From Minisyncoccota bacterium (GTDB lineage: Bacteria; Patescibacteriota; Minisyncoccia; Phycocordibacterales; WO2-35-19), in assembly GCA_041664625.1 (NCBI GenBank), contig JBAYKK010000002.1, positions 7,755 to 71,754 on the forward strand: a stretch of 64,000 nucleotides of DNA, given 5' to 3'. The position numbers and the translations under genes are program-made. Below the pieces are notes generated by a model that was given only the letters and a program-made list of their open reading frames with translations, had not been told where the DNA came from and did no database searches. Of the stretch, positions 1 to 9,551 are shown piece after piece (the first letter of the stretch is position 1; every line of letters begins with the position of its first letter).

Positions 1-63
1 GGCCTCGATTTTTTCGAGGATTTCGAAGTTAAAATAAGCTTTTTTGTTTTGAATTAAGGACAT
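1..63 (-). CDS. smpB: SsrA-binding protein SmpB, first 21 codons only (gene continues beyond window start)
   Basis: Reverse-strand ATG at 61-63; translation MSLIQNKKAYFNFEILEKIEA fits the conserved SmpB N-terminus (NKKA-aromatic-E-I-E-EAG pattern). Confidence 0.45.
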   Translation of the reverse strand, partial: MSLIQNKKAYFNFEILEKIEA

Positions 64-122
64 ATTCTAATAATAGCAGTTTTGTGATAAAATATTAACT
101 TCAACAGATTAAATAAATCAAT

Positions 123-2027
123 ATGTCAAAACCAAAACCCACTAAAAAAAATATAGAAAAAAAGCCAAATGGAGTAATTAAAAATTCTTTTTTTGCTAAT
201 TTTGCTATCAGTATTTTGATATTATTTTTCGTAGTCTCTATTTATTCTTTGGTATCAAATAACAAAAATAAACCAGAAATCAGTATTTCTGAGTTAGCCA
301 AAGCGGTACAAGTGGGGGATGTGAAAGAAATCGCTGTTAAAAGTACTTCCATAGAAGCCACATTTAAAGATGGGGTTATAAAAACTTCAAAAAAAGAAGA
401 TGGGACAAACATTATCGAGACTTTAGCGGCTTATGGTGTAACGACCGAAGAGATTAGTAAATTAAAAGTCAGTGTCAATCAAGGTGGTGGATTTTTCTAT
501 TGGTTGGTCAATCTCTCCCCTATAATTTTCCCCGTACTTTTTATTGCTATTTTTATATGGATGATGACCCGCCAGATCAAAGGGGCTGGTATGCAAGCTT
601 TTTCTTTTGGTCAATCAAGAGCCAGACTCACCAATCCTGATGATCAAAAACAAAAAGTAACTTTCAAAGATGTGGCTGGCTGTAAAGAAGCCAAAGAAGA
701 ACTTTCAGAAATTGTAGATTTTCTTAAAAACCCTAAAAAGTTTTTTGAAATTGGCGCAAGAATTCCCAAAGGCATACTTCTTATGGGTGCACCGGGTACT
801 GGCAAAACGCTTTTGGCTAGAGCAGTGGCTGGTGAAGCGGGGGTAGCTTTCTTTTCGATCTCCGGTTCTGAGTTTGTGGAAATGTTTGTAGGAGTGGGAG
901 CTTCGCGGGTCCGTGATCTTTTTGATCTTGCCAAAAAAACCGCCCCAGCCATTATTTTCATGGACGAGATTGACGCCGTGGGTAGAGTGCGTGGGGGTGG
1001 TATGGGTGGCGGGAACGATGAAAGAGAACAAACTCTTAATCAGATTTTGGTAGAGATGGATGGTTTCGAACCAGCCGAAAAAGTGGTGGTCATGGCTGCT
1101 ACCAACCGGCCTGATGTTTTGGACCCAGCTCTTTTACGCCCCGGTAGATTTGATAGACGGGTGACTATTGATTTACCTGATAGAGCCGACAGGGAAGAAA
1201 TATTAAAAATTCATTCCAAAACCAAACCTTTTGCTGAAGATGTCAATTTGGTGATCATAGCTGAACGCACCCCTGGGTTTTCGGGTGCTGATCTTTATTC
1301 TCTTATGAACGAAGCGGCTATTTTGGCCGCTCGAGAAAATCGTACCAAAGTGGCCCAGTTTGACTTAGTGCGTTCTATTGAGAAAGTAATGCTTGGTCCA
1401 GAGCGAAGAAGTCATATTTTATCTAAAAAAGAAAAGGAAATCACTGCTTATCACGAAGCGGGGCATGCTTTGGTAGCTTCAGTTTTGCCTTATGCTGACC
1501 CGGTACACAAGATTTCTATTATTTCCCGTGGTCGTGCGGCTGGCTATACTCTGAAATTACCAATCGAAGATCACAGGTTGCAATCCAAAAATGAATTTTT
1601 GGATGATATTGCTATGTCTTTAGGTGGCTTTGTTACTGAAAAAATGATTTTTGGCGATTTGACTACCGGTCCATCCAATGATTTGCAGGTTTCTACGGCT
1701 CTGGCTCGTGATATGGTGACCAAATATGGTATGTCTGAAAGCCTAGGGCCCATAGCTTTGGAAGGGTCAGAAGGCAAAGCTCTCTTTGGTCGAGGAGTAA
1801 ATGATAAAGAATATTCTGAAGAAGTAGGAGCTCTCATAGACAAAGAAGTTTCTAAAATAATGAAAGAAGCACATGATAAAGCTGAAAAGATTCTCACCGA
1901 GCATAGGCCGTTACTTGATATAATAGCCAAAAGATTGATGGAAACTGAATCAATTGAAAGGGAAGAATTCGAAAATATGTTAGTTGCTAACGGTATAGAA
2001 CTTAAGAAAAAAGAGGTTTTGAATTAA
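123..2027 (+). CDS. ftsH: ATP-dependent zinc metalloprotease FtsH
   Basis: N-terminal TM, AAA+ Walker A GAPGTGKT, second-region-of-homology, HEAGHA zinc-binding motif; 634 aa. Confidence 0.95.
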   Translation: MSKPKPTKKNIEKKPNGVIKNSFFANFAISILILFFVVSIYSLVSNNKNKPEISISELAKAVQVGDVKEIAVKSTSIEATFKDGVIKTSKKEDGTNIIETLAAYGVTTEEISKLKVSVNQGGGFFYWLVNLSPIIFPVLFIAIFIWMMTRQIKGAGMQAFSFGQSRARLTNPDDQKQKVTFKDVAGCKEAKEELSEIVDFLKNPKKFFEIGARIPKGILLMGAPGTGKTLLARAVAGEAGVAFFSISGSEFVEMFVGVGASRVRDLFDLAKKTAPAIIFMDEIDAVGRVRGGGMGGGNDEREQTLNQILVEMDGFEPAEKVVVMAATNRPDVLDPALLRPGRFDRRVTIDLPDRADREEILKIHSKTKPFAEDVNLVIIAERTPGFSGADLYSLMNEAAILAARENRTKVAQFDLVRSIEKVMLGPERRSHILSKKEKEITAYHEAGHALVASVLPYADPVHKISIISRGRAAGYTLKLPIEDHRLQSKNEFLDDIAMSLGGFVTEKMIFGDLTTGPSNDLQVSTALARDMVTKYGMSESLGPIALEGSEGKALFGRGVNDKEYSEEVGALIDKEVSKIMKEAHDKAEKILTEHRPLLDIIAKRLMETESIEREEFENMLVANGIELKKKEVLN

Positions 2028-2080
2028 AAGTTATTAACATAAAATATTGCCCGGTTTTTTGATTGGTCTAAAATGAAATT

Positions 2081-2551
2081 ATGAATAATAATCTATATTT
2101 TAGATCGGGCTTTACTTTAATAGAATTATTAGTGGTCATCGCTATCATAGGTGTCCTTTCTTCTATGGTTTTAGCTTCCTTAAATAATTCTCGAGTTAAG
2201 GCTAATGATGCTAAGATAAAAACCCAACTTTCTTCTTTGCGTGGGGCTGCTGAATTATATTATGGCGAAACCAACAGTACTTACGGTACTGCTGTGGTAG
2301 GGTCTGAAGCAGTAGGATTATCTATCGGTACTGGTTGTGCTTCAAATATGTTTGGTAATGCTAGAGTTTCTCCTTATACTCTCCTGGCCAATTACCCCTC
2401 TTATTCAAATGGTGGTAAGTGCACAACAAATGGGACAGATTATGCAGTTTCTGCTGAACTCAACGACGGCACGTTTTGGTGCGTTGATAGCAAAGGCAAA
2501 TCAAGACCCGAAGCTGCTCTGCAAGCCAATTCGGTTTACGTCTGTTCTTAA
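2081..2551 (+). CDS. type IV pilin-like protein (prepilin N-terminal cleavage/methylation motif)
   Basis: N-terminus ...RSGFTLIELLVVIAIIGVL: class III signal with G|FTLIEL, Glu5 and hydrophobic helix. Confidence 0.8.
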   Translation: MNNNLYFRSGFTLIELLVVIAIIGVLSSMVLASLNNSRVKANDAKIKTQLSSLRGAAELYYGETNSTYGTAVVGSEAVGLSIGTGCASNMFGNARVSPYTLLANYPSYSNGGKCTTNGTDYAVSAELNDGTFWCVDSKGKSRPEAALQANSVYVCS

Positions 2552-2681
2552 TTTTAAATTTTCAAACTTATTTTTTTGTGCACGCGGTAGGGATCTCTCG
2601 CCTTACAGGCGCAGTGCATCTTTTATATTTTTTCGTAGCGAAGCTACTCAAAAATTTATTCAAGATTTTCTCATCCTACCC

Positions 2682-2703
2682 GCAAGCAAAGCAGTTTGCT
2701 TGC
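2682..2703. terminator. GC-rich hairpin gcaagcaaa-gcag-tttgcttgc between pilin gene and tRNA
   Basis: 9-bp perfect stem seen directly; no clear U-run, so terminator function uncertain. Confidence 0.25.
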
Positions 2704-2745
2704 TCGCGTGCACAAAAAACACCAGCAAAGCTGGGTTTTATTTTG

Positions 2746-2818
2746 TGCACGCGGTAGGGCTCGAACCTACGACCACCGAGGTATAAGCTCGGCGCTCTAC
2801 CAACTGAGCTACGCGTGC
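2746..2818 (-). tRNA. tRNA-Ile, anticodon UAU (TAT)
   Basis: Hand-folded cloverleaf: acceptor GCACGCG/CGCGTGC, D-arm GCTC-AGTTGGTA-GAGC, anticodon arm CCGAG-CTTATAC-CTCGG, T-arm GTAGG-TTCGAGC-CCTAC, discriminator A; no encoded CCA. Confidence 0.75.
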
Positions 2819-2861
2819 GATGGTAATCTTAGAATAATACATATGGGCTAAAATTTCAATT

Positions 2862-5021
2862 TTACTCCATATGAACTACGTTTTTTGAAGCTATGTATTT
2901 GGCTAGGATCGGGTAGTTTTTTAATTCAAAATCTTCTTCAATTAAAGATCGGGCTTCGGTGCGAGCCGCCTCTACCATTTTGATGTTACGAAGCGCTTCC
3001 ATGGCCAAATCCGAAACACCCCACTGTTTGGCACCAGCCAAATCGCCAGTTCCTCTTTGTTGTAAATCAGCTTCAGCTAATTCAAAACCATTGCTGGAAG
3101 TGCTAAAAGATTTTAATCTGGCGATGGTTTTGGCCGATTTGCTATCAGCAAAAACAAAACAATATGGTTTGAAAGAGCTTCGCAAGACTCGGCCTCGCAG
3201 TTGGTGGAGTTGAGCCAAGCCAAATCGCTCGGCATTTTCAATGATAATGACGGTGGCGTTGGGCACGTTGACCCCCACTTCTATCACTGATGTGGCCACT
3301 AGTATATCTGTTTTGTGATCTTTGAAATCTCGCATTATTTTTTCTTTATCGGCCGGTTTCATTTGCCCAGTGATGGCCGATACTTTGAATTCTGGGAAAA
3401 CTTTATCTTGTAGTCTTTCGGTTTCTGATTTTACAGATTTGGCGTTCAAAGTATTTTCTTTGTCTGGATCAGGATCATTCACTCGCGGGCAAATGACGAA
3501 AACTTGCCGACCAGTTTGAAGCTCTAATCGTACTTTTTCGTAAGTTTCGGCTCTTTCGTGAGGTAAAACTATTTTGGTTTGGGGTAGTTGTCTACCAGGA
3601 GGCAATTCATCAAGTAGAGATAAATCTAGGTCTCCAAAAATAGTTAGAGCTAAGGTGCGAGGTATTGGTGTAGCGGTCATGGAGAGCAAGTGGGGAGCGA
3701 TGTCATGTTTGCGTCTGAGTTGCATACGTTGTTTGACCCCAAACCGATGTTGTTCATCAATTATTATAAGCGCCAAATTTTTAAATTTAACTGTTTTTTG
3801 GATAAGTGAATGGGTGCCGATAAGGATAGGGATTTCACCGTTTTCTACCCATTTCAAAAGTTGAGGTTTTGATATTTTGGTCCAAGTTTCTCTGTTGGTT
3901 TTGGAAGGGAATTTTTTGGCACCACTGCCAGTTATAAGCCCGATTGGCATTTTGTATTTAGCGAAATATTCTATAAAAGATTCAAAATGCTGTTCGGCTA
4001 GTATTTCAGTAGGGGCCATGTAAGCCACTTGCAGATTGCCGAATTCGCGGTTTGGGGGCAAGGTGGAAATAGCGGCGAAACTAGCAGTGGCAGCTACGGC
4101 AGTTTTGCCACTACCCACATCTCCTTCCAAAAGTCGAGACATGGGTGGCCCAGCTTTGAAATCATTTAATACTGCTTCTATTGATTTATTTTGAGCAGAA
4201 GTGAGTGGAAAAGGAAAAGTTTTTACAAATTCTTTTATTTCTTCTGGTTTTTTTGAAATTAAAAAAGATTTTTCTTTGGTTGCTAAATATTTTTCTTTCT
4301 GGCGATCAAGTTGGATGAAAAATATTTCTTCAAAAGCAAATCTTTTCCTCGCAATCTCGGCGTCTTCTTTTTTTCTAGGTGAGTGTATCCAGATCAAAGC
4401 GGTTTTCAAAGATGGTAGGCTATATTTTTTTAAAATATCAGCAGGGATAGGGTCTTCTATATTTTCTAACACTTCACTCCTGAATATTTTTTGCAAACAA
4501 TGATAAATCCAATTGGAAGAAATCCCTCGGCTTTCTGGATAAACCGGAGAAAGATTGAAATTGTCTTCGCCGGGGAACAACGAATCAGAAGTGCCTTCAG
4601 GTATTTCCGTGACTTTTTCTATTTTGGGATTAGAAAAATTAAGACTACCGTCTTTTTTGGCTGAAACTCGGCCTTCTACTCTCACCAACATACCCTCAAA
4701 AAACATTTTGGCGATATAAGGTTGGGAAAACCAAATGATGTTTATTTTACCGGTAGAATCTTCTACTTCGGCTGTTGAAATCGCCACTCTGGATTTGAAA
4801 GTTTTGCCGGTTTTTAATTTTGATATTTTACCAAAAACCACCACGTCTTCGCCGGCATTTAAAAATTCAATAGCTTTCACACTGCCAGCTTCACCGTATC
4901 TGGTAGGGAAGTGCCTTAAAATATCGCTTACTTTTTTGAGAGACATTTTGGCTAATGCCTTTTTTTGAAAAAGTGAGAGTTTTTGGATTGATTCGATAGG
5001 AGTATCTAAATTAATGATCAT
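2862..5021 (-). CDS. recG: ATP-dependent DNA helicase RecG
   Basis: N-terminal wedge/OB region, SF2 helicase motifs (GDVGSGKT, DEQHRFGV, SMTATPIPRTL, QLRGRV), 719 aa. Confidence 0.9.
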   Translation of the reverse strand: MIINLDTPIESIQKLSLFQKKALAKMSLKKVSDILRHFPTRYGEAGSVKAIEFLNAGEDVVVFGKISKLKTGKTFKSRVAISTAEVEDSTGKINIIWFSQPYIAKMFFEGMLVRVEGRVSAKKDGSLNFSNPKIEKVTEIPEGTSDSLFPGEDNFNLSPVYPESRGISSNWIYHCLQKIFRSEVLENIEDPIPADILKKYSLPSLKTALIWIHSPRKKEDAEIARKRFAFEEIFFIQLDRQKEKYLATKEKSFLISKKPEEIKEFVKTFPFPLTSAQNKSIEAVLNDFKAGPPMSRLLEGDVGSGKTAVAATASFAAISTLPPNREFGNLQVAYMAPTEILAEQHFESFIEYFAKYKMPIGLITGSGAKKFPSKTNRETWTKISKPQLLKWVENGEIPILIGTHSLIQKTVKFKNLALIIIDEQHRFGVKQRMQLRRKHDIAPHLLSMTATPIPRTLALTIFGDLDLSLLDELPPGRQLPQTKIVLPHERAETYEKVRLELQTGRQVFVICPRVNDPDPDKENTLNAKSVKSETERLQDKVFPEFKVSAITGQMKPADKEKIMRDFKDHKTDILVATSVIEVGVNVPNATVIIIENAERFGLAQLHQLRGRVLRSSFKPYCFVFADSKSAKTIARLKSFSTSSNGFELAEADLQQRGTGDLAGAKQWGVSDLAMEALRNIKMVEAARTEARSLIEEDFELKNYPILAKYIASKNVVHME

Positions 5022-5281
5022 TGTAGATTTGAACTAGTGGCGTTTATGGTGCCATCTTCAAATATTGTGCCGGGTGGTATTGGGCAAGCTTCAAAATCGC
5101 AGTTTGGTCCACTACGGCCCACGTAGCTCCCATCGGGGCAAAGCATCGCTTCCATGGTGCAGGCTACTGGTTTTTGTTCGTTAGGATTTTGGTATTCGGT
5201 AGGTGCCGGATTATATATATAAAGCAGGCCCCCAAAAATGAAGACCACTATGATAAACACAAATACGAAATTTTTATTCAT
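5018..5281 (-). CDS. small secreted/membrane Cys-rich hypothetical protein
   Basis: 87 aa, N-terminal hydrophobic segment, 4 Cys; no recognisable family. Confidence 0.45.
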   Translation of the reverse strand: MNKNFVFVFIIVVFIFGGLLYIYNPAPTEYQNPNEQKPVACTMEAMLCPDGSYVGRSGPNCDFEACPIPPGTIFEDGTINATSSNLQ

Positions 5282-5346
5282 AAGAGTATTTTAGCATATT
5301 TTCAATGTCTTACTAAAACATTGGGTATGATTTTTTAACAAAAAAT

Positions 5347-5374
5347 TTGCAACTTTATTTATATATTGTATAAT
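5347..5374 (+). promoter_or_regulatory. sigma70-like promoter TTGCAA-N16-TATAAT (TG immediately upstream of -10)
   Basis: Hexamers read directly; followed by AAGGAGA RBS and start at 5440. Confidence 0.4.
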
Positions 5375-5439
5375 ATAGTTTAGGTGATCTGGTTGCCAAA
5401 AGCGCCAGACAAAAGAACCTTATAAGGAGAATGCTTGTG

Positions 5440-6048
5440 ATGAGCGAAGACCGAAAGAAGTTTCTTCTTGATCAGCGTTTAGCAAACGGATTAAGCCTGA
5501 TCGTAGTGTGTAGTACAGTATATGCTACACTTGGTGGCAAGACTCACATCTTGACCAACCGGAACGGCATTATTTCCAAGAAACACGGCAGTATCGATTT
5601 GCGTTACGCAGAAGATAGCTGGGGCGTCGTCAGACATCGCACAGTAAGTCGCTGTGCCACACAGATTCTTTTCATTCCGCCTAAAAAACGGATGAATGTC
5701 AGCAATGGCGCTTTCAAGGTTATGGACGTGAATTACCAGAGCTTTGTTGAGGCTCACCACGCCGGAATTATCACAAACCCGCAGGACAAAACGGGAAAAG
5801 ATCGTGTGGAATTCGGCCACAAATTCGTGTGGTGCTCGCAATTCGGATGCTGGGAATGTAACAAGGGAAACACTAAAGTCTTTGTTTCTTGTCATCCAGA
5901 AGAACCTTTTTGGAGAGTCAGCGATCCGGCCGATTCCTCCAATAGCACGGTGTGCGGTTTCAAGTGTATCTACATGATAGGCGGAAACAGCATCAAGTCG
6001 GAATACAAAGCGTTTGAAGGGGCCGTAAAATACTTAGAGAATAAGTGA
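5440..6048 (+). CDS. hypothetical protein, compositionally GC-enriched orphan gene
   Basis: ORF-track frame 5431..6048; RBS AAGGAGA at 5424-5430 favours ATG 5440 (MSEDRKK...); visibly higher GC than flanks; own promoter and terminator. Confidence 0.6.
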   Translation: MSEDRKKFLLDQRLANGLSLIVVCSTVYATLGGKTHILTNRNGIISKKHGSIDLRYAEDSWGVVRHRTVSRCATQILFIPPKKRMNVSNGAFKVMDVNYQSFVEAHHAGIITNPQDKTGKDRVEFGHKFVWCSQFGCWECNKGNTKVFVSCHPEEPFWRVSDPADSSNSTVCGFKCIYMIGGNSIKSEYKAFEGAVKYLENK

Positions 6049-6061
6049 CGGCCCAAAGGTC

Positions 6062-6095
6062 CCGCAGAACACTGCGGGACCTTCGTTTTATGTTA
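6062..6095 (+). terminator. rho-independent terminator (aaggtcccgcag-aacact-gcgggacctt + T-rich)
   Basis: 11-bp GC stem followed by cgtttta. Confidence 0.6.
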
Positions 6096-6120
6096 TAAAC
6101 TTTTGTGGTATAAATTAAGT

Positions 6121-6750
6121 ATGAAAAATGAGGTTATATTTGATTATTCCGTGCAAGATGAGTGTGCCCGAGTAATAAAAACTCTCAAAAGGAGTGCTTG
6201 GTACAAAGAGCAGGGATACAAACCCAAATACCCTGATTTATTACAGAAAAAACTGGAAAAAGATGAAAAAATAAATGATCAAGATGTGCTGGAAGCCGTT
6301 TCGGCAGAATTCGATGAAAAATTTTATGCTAATGAAGTTGCAAAAATAAAAAACGATTGGGACCTAATAGAAGAAAAATTTTTTGAAAACCTCAAAAATC
6401 TCGGACAACCATTACAAGAAAAATATTATGTTTGTTTGACTAAATATGGCACCGTTGGTAGCTATGGCTGGCCAAGCGATATTCAAATAAATATAAATCA
6501 AAATAGGAGTAATTCAGCATCAAAAACATTGGCTCACGAAATTGTTCACCTGACTATAGAGCCGTTTATCAAACAATATAATATTGAACATTGGACAAAA
6601 GAGAGATTGGTAAACCTAACCATGAATAAATTTTTTCCTGAAACTCCAATATTACAGAGAGACCCTGAAAATGCAGAAAAAATTAACGAGGTTTTTGAAA
6701 GAGAATTTCCTAATATAGAAAATATAATAATTGGGATATCAACATTATAA
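6121..6750 (+). CDS. hypothetical protein with HExxH motif (AHEIVH), possible metallopeptidase-like
   Basis: ORF 6103..6750; TGGTATAAA -10-like box overlaps 6103 so ATG 6121 preferred; HEIVH seen. Confidence 0.5.
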   Translation: MKNEVIFDYSVQDECARVIKTLKRSAWYKEQGYKPKYPDLLQKKLEKDEKINDQDVLEAVSAEFDEKFYANEVAKIKNDWDLIEEKFFENLKNLGQPLQEKYYVCLTKYGTVGSYGWPSDIQININQNRSNSASKTLAHEIVHLTIEPFIKQYNIEHWTKERLVNLTMNKFFPETPILQRDPENAEKINEVFEREFPNIENIIIGISTL

Positions 6751-6957
6751 ATACCTCAAAAAAGCAATTTGGGGCTTCTGATTCCAAAAACTAAAGGCGG
6801 GGGGGAGGGAATTTCGGTCATTACATGACCAGTATCCCGATTGGATAATTTGTTTCGCGTAGCTCACAAATTATGCTCAATCGGGCTTCGAATCCCCCAC
6901 GAAAGTGCTCCCAGCACTTTCTCCTCTCCGCAGATTTTTCACTGCGTTTAAAATCTG

Positions 6958-7046
6958 CGGAGGGGGAGGGATTCGAACCCTCGGTACCTTTTAAAGGGTA
7001 CGCATCTTTAGCAAAGATGCACGATAGACCACTCTGACACCCCTCC
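6958..7046 (-). tRNA. tRNA-Ser, anticodon GCU (type II, long variable arm)
   Basis: Hand-folded: acceptor GGAGGGG/CCCCTCC, anticodon stem CATCT/AGATG with loop TTGCTAA, variable-arm helix GGTACC-loop-GGTACC, T-arm GAGGG-TTCGAAT-CCCTC, discriminator G. Confidence 0.8.
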
Positions 7047-7135
7047 ATCGGATGGCCAAAGCTTTAGCGAAGGCATCCAGTGGCTTATATTCTTACATAA
7101 GCCAGAGCTTTTATCAAAGGATTTCTAACATTTGA

Positions 7136-7201
7136 CCCAGTAGTGAATTTTGGCATTAGTTTCACTATGCACTTTGTGCCATGCCAAAATCTACTACTGG
7201 G
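7136..7201. repeat. MITE-like palindromic element, copy G (arms CCAGTAGTGAATTTTGGCAT / ATGCCAAAATCTACTACTGG)
   Basis: Shares conserved terminal inverted repeats with 6 other copies; flanked by TTGAC on both sides. Confidence 0.7.
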
Positions 7202-7236
7202 TTTGACTATTTTGTTTGTATTTGGTAGCTTTAGAG

Positions 7237-7258
7237 AAGCCCGTCAGAGGGCTTTTTA
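7237..7258 (+). terminator. hairpin aagcccgtcagagggctt + TTTTT immediately upstream of rpsN
   Basis: 6-bp GC stem plus U-run seen directly; terminator or attenuator. Confidence 0.4.
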
Positions 7259-7270
7259 ATAGAATTATAT

Positions 7271-7456
7271 ATGGCAAAAACTTCAGTAAAAGCAAGAGCT
7301 CTCAAAAAACCGAAATTTAGCACTCGGGCAGTTAAACGCTGTTTTAAGTGCGGTAGAGGCAGAGCTTATATGGGAGATTTCGGTCTTTGCCGAATTTGTT
7401 TCAGAGAACTTGCCAATGACGGCAAGATTCCCGGAGTTAAAAAATCATCATGGTAA
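7271..7456 (+). CDS. rpsN: 30S ribosomal protein S14 type Z (zinc-binding)
   Basis: 61 aa, CxxC...CxxC (CFKCGR...CRIC), conserved S14 C-terminal motif. Confidence 0.9.
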   Translation: MAKTSVKARALKKPKFSTRAVKRCFKCGRGRAYMGDFGLCRICFRELANDGKIPGVKKSSW

Positions 7457-7848
7457 CAGACTCAATAGGAGATTTAATAATAAGGATCAAAAATGCAGGA
7501 AACACTGGTAAACAAAATGTTTCGGTGCCTTTTTCTAAAATGAAATTTGCTGTAGCCGAATTGCTTTCGGCTAAAGGTTTTGTTGGTGAAGTTTCTAAAA
7601 AGGGCAAAGGGGAAGTCTTTAGAACAATCGATATAGACTTGCTTTATACCAAAGACGGGGAGCCCATAATTTCCGGTGTCAAAAGAATATCAAAACCTTC
7701 TAGAAGACTTTATGAGAATTCTAAAAATCTCAAAGCTTTCCGCAAGGGTTATGGTATGTCAGTTTTGTCTACTCCCAAAGGGATTATGGCTGATGTAGAT
7801 GCTAAAAAAGGCAACTTAGGAGGAGAATTGTTATTTAATATTTGGTAG
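7450..7848 (+). CDS. rpsH: 30S ribosomal protein S8
   Basis: [17 protein letters not shown]... classic S8 N-terminus. Confidence 0.9.
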   Translation: MVTDSIGDLIIRIKNAGNTGKQNVSVPFSKMKFAVAELLSAKGFVGEVSKKGKGEVFRTIDIDLLYTKDGEPIISGVKRISKPSRRLYENSKNLKAFRKGYGMSVLSTPKGIMADVDAKKGNLGGELLFNIW

Positions 7849-7962
7849 TTAAAGATACAAATATGCGAATGTTACAAATGCAACAAATGAATACAAATAA
7901 GAAAAATAGATTCGTAGCTATTAGTATAATTAGTACAATTCGTATATTGGTATCATAATATT

Positions 7963-8496
7963 ATGTCAAGAATAGGAAAAAAAGGAATAGTAATACCGGA
8001 CAAAACAGAAGTCACTATGAATTCTGGTGTTATTTTGGTGAAAGGACCAAAAGGTTCTTTGGAGAAGATTTTTCGTTCTGATATTTTGGTTACTATAAAT
8101 GAAAAAGATATTTCTTTGACTCTAGCTAAAGAAAACAAACAAACCAGGGCTTTGTGGGGAACTTACGCTTCTCATTTGAAAAATATGGTCAAAGGAGTAA
8201 CTGAAGGCTTCGAAAAGAAATTGATTTTGGAAGGAGTGGGTTTCAAATCTCAAGTGACTGGCAACAAACTGATTTTGGCTCTCGGATTTTCTCATCCAGT
8301 AGAGGTGGAGATACCAGAAGGATTGAGCGTAAAAGCCGAAAAAAACATAGTAACCGTATCAGGTATTGATAAAGAATTGGTTGGTAGTTTCTCTGCTAAA
8401 ACTAGAGCATTGAAAAAACCAGAACCATATAAAGGCAAAGGTTTTCGTTATTTTGATGAAGTTATAAGGAGAAAACAAGGTAAACGATCAGTATAA
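7963..8496 (+). CDS. rplF: 50S ribosomal protein L6
   Basis: MSRIGKKGIVIPDKTEVT...VKGPKG motif. Confidence 0.9.
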   Translation: MSRIGKKGIVIPDKTEVTMNSGVILVKGPKGSLEKIFRSDILVTINEKDISLTLAKENKQTRALWGTYASHLKNMVKGVTEGFEKKLILEGVGFKSQVTGNKLILALGFSHPVEVEIPEGLSVKAEKNIVTVSGIDKELVGSFSAKTRALKKPEPYKGKGFRYFDEVIRRKQGKRSV

Positions 8497-8512
8497 TTGA
8501 AAATTAAAAAAC

Positions 8513-8860
8513 ATGGATACCAAAGTTAAAAAAATACAAAGAGAAAGAAGGAAAAAGCGCATCAGAGCCAAGGTTTTTGGTGTGAACGCTAAACCTAGAC
8601 TTTCGGTATTTAGATCAAACAAATACATCACCGCCCAACTTATAGATGACACAAAAGGTTTGACTTTGGCTTCTGCTACTAGTAAGAATATGAAAGGCAA
8701 AAGTGTATTAGAAAAAGCCAAAGCGGTAGGTTCGAGTGTCGCCGAACAAGCCAAAACCAAAAAAATTGAAACAGCAGTGTTTGATAGAGGCGGTTATCTT
8801 TATACTGGTTCAGTCAAAGCGGTGGCTGATGGGGCTAGAGAATCTGGTCTTAAATTTTAA
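8513..8860 (+). CDS. rplR: 50S ribosomal protein L18
   Basis: RKKRIRAKV...PRLSVFRSNKYIYAQLIDD pattern. Confidence 0.9.
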   Translation: MDTKVKKIQRERRKKRIRAKVFGVNAKPRLSVFRSNKYITAQLIDDTKGLTLASATSKNMKGKSVLEKAKAVGSSVAEQAKTKKIETAVFDRGGYLYTGSVKAVADGARESGLKF

Positions 8861-8872
8861 TTAAATAATATT

Positions 8873-9505
8873 ATGCCTAACGAAGAAGAAAAAAAAGAAA
8901 TAGAAGGAATAGAAGAAGCGGTTGAGGAAACCATCATACCTTCTGAAATAGTGAAAGAAGCTTCTCCTGTAGCTCCTATTAATTTTACGCCAAACAACCG
9001 AGATAGACGCAAAAATGAACGCCGACCTTCTCGAAGACCAGAGCGAGCCAGACAAGAATTTGATAATAAAATCATAAGTGTAAGGAGAGTGACTCGTGTG
9101 GTTGCCGGAGGTCGTAGATTCAGTTTCAGTATCGCTATAGTTATCGGTGACAAAAAGGGCCGAGTAGGTGTAGGTATCGGCAAAGCGACAGATACTCCAA
9201 TCGCTATTGAAAAAGCTACTCAAGCAGCCAAAAAAAGCATGATCACTGTACGTTTGAACAAGAAAAATTCTATCAGCCACCCAGTCGAAGCCAAATACTC
9301 AAGCGCAATAGTTTCTATAATGCCGGCTCCAGGGAAGGGGGTGATCGCTGGAAGCGCTACTCGTGTAGTCTTGGAATTGGCTGGAGTGAAAGAAGTTTCT
9401 TCTAAAATCCTTTCCAGATCCAAAAACAAATTGAATATAGCTAGAGCTACCATCCAAGCTCTTCAGCAATTAAAAAATTTAAAGATTGAAAAATTAAAAA
9501 ATTAA
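8873..9505 (+). CDS. rpsE: 30S ribosomal protein S5 with ~60-aa acidic/basic N-terminal extension
   Basis: Core RVTRVVAGGRRFSFSIAIVIGDKKGRVGVGIGKA; extension EEKKEIEGIEE... Confidence 0.9.
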   Translation: MPNEEEKKEIEGIEEAVEETIIPSEIVKEASPVAPINFTPNNRDRRKNERRPSRRPERARQEFDNKIISVRRVTRVVAGGRRFSFSIAIVIGDKKGRVGVGIGKATDTPIAIEKATQAAKKSMITVRLNKKNSISHPVEAKYSSAIVSIMPAPGKGVIAGSATRVVLELAGVKEVSSKILSRSKNKLNIARATIQALQQLKNLKIEKLKN

Positions 9506-9551
9506 ACAAAATCATTCAATCTTTTAATATTTCAATTATTTAATCAAAAGT

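Noticed and set aside
2337-2786. 149-aa plus-strand ORF overlapping the pilin gene 3' end and the tRNA-Ile gene
   Set aside because: Overlaps a well-supported tRNA and a real CDS in another frame. Treated as spurious.
6821-7048. 75-aa minus-strand ORF
   Set aside because: Lies entirely over tRNA-Ser and the adjacent hairpins. It is a GC-rich RNA region, not coding.
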